In this document: one piece after another, positions 59,064 to 64,000 of the stretch | Layout of the letters: every line of letters starts with the position of its first letter | How positions within the stretch are numbered: position 1 is the stretch's first letter | Assembly (NCBI GenBank): GCA_030147845.1 | Contig: JASBUN010000051.1 | Span: 33,146-97,145 of the forward strand | Source: Gammaproteobacteria bacterium | GTDB lineage: Bacteria; Pseudomonadota; Gammaproteobacteria; JASBUN01 | Length of the DNA: 64,000 bases | Direction: 5' to 3' | Notes under the pieces: generated by a model | What the model was told of the DNA's origin: nothing | The model's input: only the letters and a program-made list of their open reading frames with translations | Databases searched by the model: none | Program-made: the position numbers and the translations under genes

Positions 59064-60065
59064 ATGAATGTAACGCACCTTACACGGCGCACGCTGTTTA
59101 CACTTACGGGCGGCGTGTGCCTGTCTTTGCTGTTGAGCTTAACGCCTTACGCGAATGCTGGAGAAGTGATCAATTACGGTGTTCAGCCGGCGACCCAGCC
59201 GATTTATATCGCCAAGGCTCTCGGTCTTCTGAAACCGATCGAGAAACAATTCAAGGTCAAGATCGTACTGCGAAATTTCTCCTACGGTGCGCCCGAAAAT
59301 CAGGCCATGGCCGCCGGTGAATTGCAGATCGCCTCGGCGGGAATGGGGCCGGCAGTAGTCGCCTCCGCCCGGTTGCCGGCTAAGTTGTTGGCCATATCGA
59401 TCTTGGAACAGACCGCGCTCATGGTGCCTAAGGATTCGCCGATACATTCGGTGAAAGAACTGAAAGGCAAGACGATTGCGTTTCCCGGTGTTGGCTCGCA
59501 GCAATATCCGCTCTTGCTCAAGGCGCTCGCCGATGCCGGGCTGAAGGAAAGCGACGTCAAGCTGTTCAAGACCAAGGGCTCTGAAATAGGTCCGCTGCTT
59601 AAAAGTCATTCGGTCGACGCGGGTATCACGTGGGATCCACACGTATCCTACGCGTTGGCAAACGGCTGGGCGCGCGTGTTATTGAAAGCCGAAAAGATTT
59701 TGCCGATTTTGCAAGGCCACTATATCGGCAATGGTGAGTATGCCCGCATTGATTTTATCGAGAAGCATCCGAAGCTGGTGCAGGCATTGATGGACGCCAA
59801 CGTCAAGGCTATCGACTTCATTATCAAGCACCCGAAAAAAGCGGCGGCGATGTGGGCCAAGGAAGTCGGCATTCCAGAAAAGGTCGCTCTCTACTCGTTA
59901 AAGGAAAACATATCGGTGTATAGCTTGGACGTTGTGCCGCGCGCATCGGCCATGGATGCCTACACCGGGTTTTTGAAAAAGGCCGGTATTTTGCGTCCTA
60001 CCGACAACCCGAAGATCGCACCTTCATTTGCGGAAAAGGCGCTCGATGAGCTCAAAGCCAAGTAG
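59064..60065 (+). CDS. ABC transporter periplasmic substrate-binding protein, NMT1/SsuA/TauA (NitT/TauT) family.
   Basis: ATG at 59064. Signal peptide ...PYANAGE. SsuA/THI5-like fold. Confidence 0.8.
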   Translation: MNVTHLTRRTLFTLTGGVCLSLLLSLTPYANAGEVINYGVQPATQPIYIAKALGLLKPIEKQFKVKIVLRNFSYGAPENQAMAAGELQIASAGMGPAVVASARLPAKLLAISILEQTALMVPKDSPIHSVKELKGKTIAFPGVGSQQYPLLLKALADAGLKESDVKLFKTKGSEIGPLLKSHSVDAGITWDPHVSYALANGWARVLLKAEKILPILQGHYIGNGEYARIDFIEKHPKLVQALMDANVKAIDFIIKHPKKAAAMWAKEVGIPEKVALYSLKENISVYSLDVVPRASAMDAYTGFLKKAGILRPTDNPKIAPSFAEKALDELKAK

Positions 60066-60882
60066 TAGTACGCCGCCGCCGTCGGTCGCGATGGGTCGCC
60101 GTGCGGCCGGCGTCTCCGGCGCCGTGCTGCGCGGGGGTGGCAAGCGGCTGCTGCCGTTCGTCTATGCCGCCGTGACCATTGCGGTAATTTGGGAGCTGGT
60201 GGTTGTGATCACCAAGCCGGACGCGGCCATACTGCCGTCGCCGTGGCAGTCGGCGCAGACGTTCGCGCATTTGGTGGCCAACGGTGAGCTTGCGCGCGAT
60301 GTTTATGCCAGTCTGCGGCGGGTACTGTCGGCTTGGGCGGGTGCTGCGGTTATTGGTATTCCCTTGGGTTTGGTCATGGGGTATTCGCATCGATTCGAGA
60401 AGATCGCCGATCCGTTCATCGAACTGTTGCGTCCGATCTCGCCGTTGGCGTGGATCCCGCTGGCGATTTTGTGGTTTGGTATCGGCGAGATCGGCAAGGT
60501 GTTCGTGGTATTTATCGGCACGTTCTTCCCGATCGTGCTGACCACGGTAGCCGGCGTCAAGAGTATCGACCCGACCTTAATCAACGCCGGTCGTGTATAC
60601 GGCTGCACAAGTGGCATTTCGCTATTCCGTAAAGTAATCCTGCCGGCATCGCTACCCAGCATTGTGGTGGGACTGCGCATTTCCTTCGGTATGGGGTGGG
60701 CCGCTATCATCGCGGCCGAATTGGTCGCTGCACAATCCGGTTTGGGCTTTCTGATCGCCAACGGGATGGAAATACTACGCGCCGACGAAGTGCTGGTGGG
60801 CATGGTGGTGATTGGCGTGCTTGGCGTCATGTTTGATTCGGTTTTTCGCTACGCACACCGGCGTCTCGTCTGGACGGAGTAA
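60046..60882 (+). CDS. ABC transporter permease (SsuC/TauC-like).
   Basis: Six transmembrane segments. EAA-like loop (...LLRPISPLAWIPLAILWFG...). The start overlaps the substrate-binding protein gene 3' end. Confidence 0.8.
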   Translation: MSSKPSSSTPPPSVAMGRRAAGVSGAVLRGGGKRLLPFVYAAVTIAVIWELVVVITKPDAAILPSPWQSAQTFAHLVANGELARDVYASLRRVLSAWAGAAVIGIPLGLVMGYSHRFEKIADPFIELLRPISPLAWIPLAILWFGIGEIGKVFVVFIGTFFPIVLTTVAGVKSIDPTLINAGRVYGCTSGISLFRKVILPASLPSIVVGLRISFGMGWAAIIAAELVAAQSGLGFLIANGMEILRADEVLVGMVVIGVLGVMFDSVFRYAHRRLVWTE

Positions 60883-60885
60883 ATA

Positions 60886-61683
60886 ATGCTGGAATCCATT
60901 GGTAAGGCCCTGCGTATTCGCGGGCTGTCGAAAACATATTTTACGCGTTCGGGCGAAGCAGTGGAGGCGTTGTGTCCGGTGAATATGGATATTCGCGCCG
61001 GCGAATTCGTTGCCGTCGTCGGCCCATCGGGCTGCGGCAAGAGCACCTTGTTGCAGATTTTGGCCGGTATCACCGAGCCGAGCGCAGGCGAAGCCTACGC
61101 CGACGATACACGTATTCATGGCCCGAGCATCGACCGCAGTATGGTGTTCCAGAACTACGCCTTGTTTCCGTGGCTGTCTGTGCGCCGTAATGTCGAGTTT
61201 GGCCTGGAGCATAAGGGCGTACCGAAAGCCGAGCGCCGTGAAATTGCCGAGCGCTATCTGAAAATGGTCGGCTTATCGGCATTCGCTGACAAGCAGACCA
61301 ATGAGCTATCGGGTGGCATGAAACAGCGCGTCGCCATTGCGCGGGCGTTCGCCGTCGATCCGTCGGTCATTCTCATGGACGAGCCGTTTGGTGCCCTGGA
61401 CGCACTGAGCCGGCGCTTACTGCAACGCGAGCTGCTGCGCATCTGGCAGGAGCATCGCAAGACCGTGCTGTTCATTACCCACTCGGTGGTCGAAGCGATT
61501 TACCTGGCCGATCGTATTGTCGTCATGACCGCGCGCCCAGGACGTATTCGTTCCGAGATCGAAGTCGACCTGGAACATCCACGTGACAACACCTCGCCGC
61601 AGTTTGCCGAGTTGGAGCGTGATATTTATGCGCAATTGGATGAGGAATTGACGCGCAGTTTCGGTTTGGATCAGGACGCTTGA
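60886..61683 (+). CDS. ABC transporter ATP-binding protein (SsuB/TauB-like).
   Basis: Walker A GPSGCGKST. Signature LSGGMKQR. Walker B ILMDEPFGALD. H-loop. GGAG upstream of the ATG at 60886. Confidence 0.85.
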   Translation: MLESIGKALRIRGLSKTYFTRSGEAVEALCPVNMDIRAGEFVAVVGPSGCGKSTLLQILAGITEPSAGEAYADDTRIHGPSIDRSMVFQNYALFPWLSVRRNVEFGLEHKGVPKAERREIAERYLKMVGLSAFADKQTNELSGGMKQRVAIARAFAVDPSVILMDEPFGALDALSRRLLQRELLRIWQEHRKTVLFITHSVVEAIYLADRIVVMTARPGRIRSEIEVDLEHPRDNTSPQFAELERDIYAQLDEELTRSFGLDQDA

Positions 61684-61685
61684 GC

Positions 61686-62993
61686 ATGTTGCCGCGAGCG
61701 CAAATCGAGGTATCGTCCGTCGTACAGCAGGCACGCAGTGGCGCCGAGCCGGTCGTGGCTGAAACGCTGCAGCGCATTGGCACGCACGATCCCGAGGTGC
61801 GTGCATTCGTCCAAGTCGACGAGCGCGCGTTGGATGCTGCGCGGTATTGCGATCGCGCTGCAAGCGAACTCGGCCCGCTGCATGGTGTTCCTGTGGCGGT
61901 CAAGGAAGTTGTCGATGTCGGGGGTTTGCGCTGCGAGTGGGGCACTTCGATCCATGCCGGGCGCGTCCCGACGCGCGATGCGAGCGCGGTGGCGGCGTTG
62001 CGTGATGCCGGCGCCGTAATTGTAGGCACCACCGCATCAACTGAATATGCCATCGCCGATGCGCCTCCGACGCGCAATCCGCATGACGCCGCGCGTTCGC
62101 CGGGCGGTTCATCCAGCGGCTCGGCGGCGGCGGTGGCGGCCGGATTGGTGCCTGTTGCGATTGGAACGCAAAGCATTGGTTCGATCATTCGGCCGGCAAC
62201 TTATTGCGGAATATTTGGGCTGAAACCGACGTTTGGTGCAGTAAGCACCCGCGGTGGAATGCCACTGTCGCCGTGGTTGGATCACGTCGGTTTGCTGGCA
62301 TTGCACCTGGAGGATTTGCGCTTAGCCTGTGCCGCGCTGTTTCGCCTCGACCGCGACGATCCACACAGTATCGCCGTTCCACCTCCGCAGCCATATGCGC
62401 TGGCGCTACGCCCGGCGGTGGCTACAGTACTCGGGCCGTTCGATAATCGTGTGCAGGAGCCCAGTGCTACCGCTGTGCGTCGCGCGCAGGCTGCATTTCG
62501 CGACGCCGGCGTCATGACCGCGGACGTTACTTTGCCGCAGCAGGCGGAAGCGGCCATGAACGCCGTCGAAGTGCTGTTGTGCCATGATATGGCGCGCTTC
62601 CATGGCGACGATTACGACCGCCATGCCAACGCGATGAGTGTACGCGTGCAAGGCTTGATCCAAACCGGCCGTGATATAAAACCGTCGCAATACGATACCG
62701 CAGTGCTACAACGTACAACGCTTCGCGAGGCGCTGCTGACCAGTCTTGCCGAACAGGTGTGGTTGGCGCCGGCCACCGACAGCGTCGCGCCGCCGCGGCA
62801 GGAAGGCACCGGCTCGCCGATCTTGCAGGGCATCTGGACCCTGTGCGGCTTTCCCGTTCTTGCGGTTCCGTGCGGCCAAGTCGACGGTTTACCCGTGGGT
62901 GTGCAACTGATCGCCGCTCCGGGGCGCGAGGAGTTACTATTCGGCGCCGCCGCGTGCTTGACCGCAGCCATGCGAGCGTCCGCGTCCAGTTGA
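61686..62993 (+). CDS. Amidase-signature (AS) family amidase.
   Basis: Catalytic K(V)KE context. AS signature GGSSSGSAAAVAAG. The Ser-cisSer-Lys triad region is present. ATG at 61686. Confidence 0.8.
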   Translation: MLPRAQIEVSSVVQQARSGAEPVVAETLQRIGTHDPEVRAFVQVDERALDAARYCDRAASELGPLHGVPVAVKEVVDVGGLRCEWGTSIHAGRVPTRDASAVAALRDAGAVIVGTTASTEYAIADAPPTRNPHDAARSPGGSSSGSAAAVAAGLVPVAIGTQSIGSIIRPATYCGIFGLKPTFGAVSTRGGMPLSPWLDHVGLLALHLEDLRLACAALFRLDRDDPHSIAVPPPQPYALALRPAVATVLGPFDNRVQEPSATAVRRAQAAFRDAGVMTADVTLPQQAEAAMNAVEVLLCHDMARFHGDDYDRHANAMSVRVQGLIQTGRDIKPSQYDTAVLQRTTLREALLTSLAEQVWLAPATDSVAPPRQEGTGSPILQGIWTLCGFPVLAVPCGQVDGLPVGVQLIAAPGREELLFGAAACLTAAMRASASS

Positions 62994-63100
62994 GCTTCTG
63001 ACTTGCGGTTACCGATCGCGGCTTTCCTTGAACACCTCGAATCCGCTACCATGCGCGGGCGGTATAGGCAGCGGGGCTAAGTTGAGCGGCGGGTGATTCG

Positions 63101-63721
63101 GTGTTTGAGAAACTGATCGGACTGATCGCGGGATTCGTCACCGCAACGATTTTACAGCTCGGTTATGGCGGCATCGTGCTGCTAATGGGCATCGAGAGCG
63201 CCTGCATTCCGTTGCCCTCCGAGATCATCATGCCATTTTCCGGCTACCTGGTAAGCACGGGCCAAATGCAACTGTGGGCGGTGGCGGTAGCCGGCGCCGT
63301 TGGCAGCGTCGTGGGTTCGCTGCTTGCCTATGTGCTGGGTGCCTGGGGCGGCCGGCCGTTGGTGGAAAAATACGGCAAGTACGTGCTGATCTCGGCGCAC
63401 GATCTGGATCTCGCCGACCGCTGGTTCCAACGTTACGGCGACATCACGATCTTTCTGGGCCGATTGCTGCCAATCGTGCGCACCTTCATCGCTTTACCGG
63501 CAGGTATCGCCCGCATGCCGTTGTGGCGCTTTAATCTGTACACCTTTTTGGGTTCGTTGATCTGGTGTTGGGCTTTGGCCTGGATCGGTATGAAGCTGGG
63601 CGAACATTGGGATACGCTGGGCGCCTATTTCCATCGCTTTAACGCCGTCATCGGCATAGTCCTGGTGGCGGCACTGGTGTGGTATGTGCGCCGGCATGTG
63701 AAACACCGCTCACCGAGTTAG
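63101..63721 (+). CDS. DedA/SNARE-associated (TVP38-like) family membrane protein.
   Basis: GTG at 63101. DedA-domain transmembrane topology with the conserved G..G...G and re-entrant-loop motifs (GIESACIPLPSE, RLLPIVRTFIALPAG). Confidence 0.8.
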   Translation: MFEKLIGLIAGFVTATILQLGYGGIVLLMGIESACIPLPSEIIMPFSGYLVSTGQMQLWAVAVAGAVGSVVGSLLAYVLGAWGGRPLVEKYGKYVLISAHDLDLADRWFQRYGDITIFLGRLLPIVRTFIALPAGIARMPLWRFNLYTFLGSLIWCWALAWIGMKLGEHWDTLGAYFHRFNAVIGIVLVAALVWYVRRHVKHRSPS

Positions 63722-63738
63722 ACGCCGGCTCCGACCAC

Positions 63739-64000
63739 TCAGTCGCCTGCCACTTCGTCGGCGCGCCGCGGGCGACACGGTTCGATAACCCGGTCAGCGT
63801 CGCCACCGCCGGTTTCGGCTCGAAAGATATCGATAAAGTGTCGGGCGAATTTACGCAAATACTTGCTGCGCACATAGGCTACCTTGGTGATCTCCCACGG
63901 GAACAAATGACTCAGATCGCGCATGCCCAAGTCGTCATCGCGACCAGGCTGATAGGCGAGTCGGGCGATGATGCCAATGCCGAGCCCCTCGCGTACATAA
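63739..64000 (-). CDS. CysB/Cbl-family LysR-type regulator, C-terminal part only. The 5' end lies beyond the window edge.
   Basis: The minus-strand frame is open to nt 64000. The translation ...YVREGLGIGIIARLAYQPGRDDDLGMRDLSHLFPWEITKVAYVRSKYLRKFARHFIDIF parallels the E. coli CysB C-terminus (YVRLGLGVGVIASMA...[37 protein letters not shown]). Confidence 0.7.
   Translation of the reverse strand, partial: YVREGLGIGIIARLAYQPGRDDDLGMRDLSHLFPWEITKVAYVRSKYLRKFARHFIDIFRAETGGGDADRVIEPCRPRRADEVAGD

Noticed and set aside
1-64000. Looked for tRNA/rRNA genes, CRISPR arrays, and integrase, transposase or phage hallmarks.
   Set aside because: No GGTTCGAATCC-type T-arm motifs in a tRNA context. No regularly spaced short repeats. 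No recombinase-like ORFs. The only repeats are the two intergenic elements reported as findings.

Overview
GC-rich (about 62-65%) chromosomal segment, most consistent with a gammaproteobacterium. I call about 60 protein-coding genes, mostly housekeeping or accessory metabolism. No rRNA, tRNA, CRISPR array, transposase or integrase is recognisable.

Features supported from the sequence, in order:
- Partial manC/algA-like cupin C-terminus at the 5' window edge.
- Secreted retropepsin-like protease.
- A sigma-54 promoter driving an EF-hand periplasmic protein gene, next to a GlrK (QseE) / QseG-like lipoprotein / GlrR (QseF) module on the minus strand.
- Cyclic-nucleotide-binding GGDEF protein.
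- Copper-delivery operon CtaG-PCuAC-SCO1.
- 5.6-kb gene encoding a tandem-duplicated, single-chain-dimer UvrA-like protein with four ABC ATPase modules.
- hdfR-like LysR regulator, YcaD-like MFS transporter, nadA, MscS-family channel, NUDIX hydrolase, NlpC/P60 peptidase.
- PsiF-like small periplasmic protein, RimK-like ATP-grasp ligase and CarS-like (PF01864) membrane protein.
- Two tandem Slp lipoproteins.
- yeiP (EF-P-like), DUF2892 small membrane protein behind a near-consensus sigma-70 promoter, M1 metallopeptidase, ChaN-PDZ lipoprotein.
- Rieske protein paired with a degenerate TrpD-like protein.
- gpmA, TetR regulator, rlmM, mtnD-mtnC.
- ExeA/GspA-like AAA-TPR protein, GH100 neutral invertase and a DUF4124 protein.
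- aceK, a membrane GT2 synthase next to a PAS-GGDEF-EAL protein, and a secreted DsrE-like protein.
- A probable selenoneine (sen) locus: NADH-dehydrogenase::SelD fusion (SenC-like), glycosyltransferase (SenB-like) and EgtB-family SenA-like synthase.
- Downstream of it: a TauE/SafE exporter, an SsuABC/TauABC-like ABC transporter, an amidase, DedA, and a partial CysB-family regulator at the 3' window edge.

Unexplained noncoding structure:
- A 100-bp perfect direct repeat with hairpins at 29.0-29.5 kb.
- A 21-bp perfect inverted repeat embedded in a ~120-bp imperfect direct repeat at 20.1-20.4 kb.
- Four TGTGAT-N-TTGCGC motifs in the 0.38-1.0 kb leader.
- Two paralogous small ORFs of 60 and 74 aa that share a C-terminal motif.
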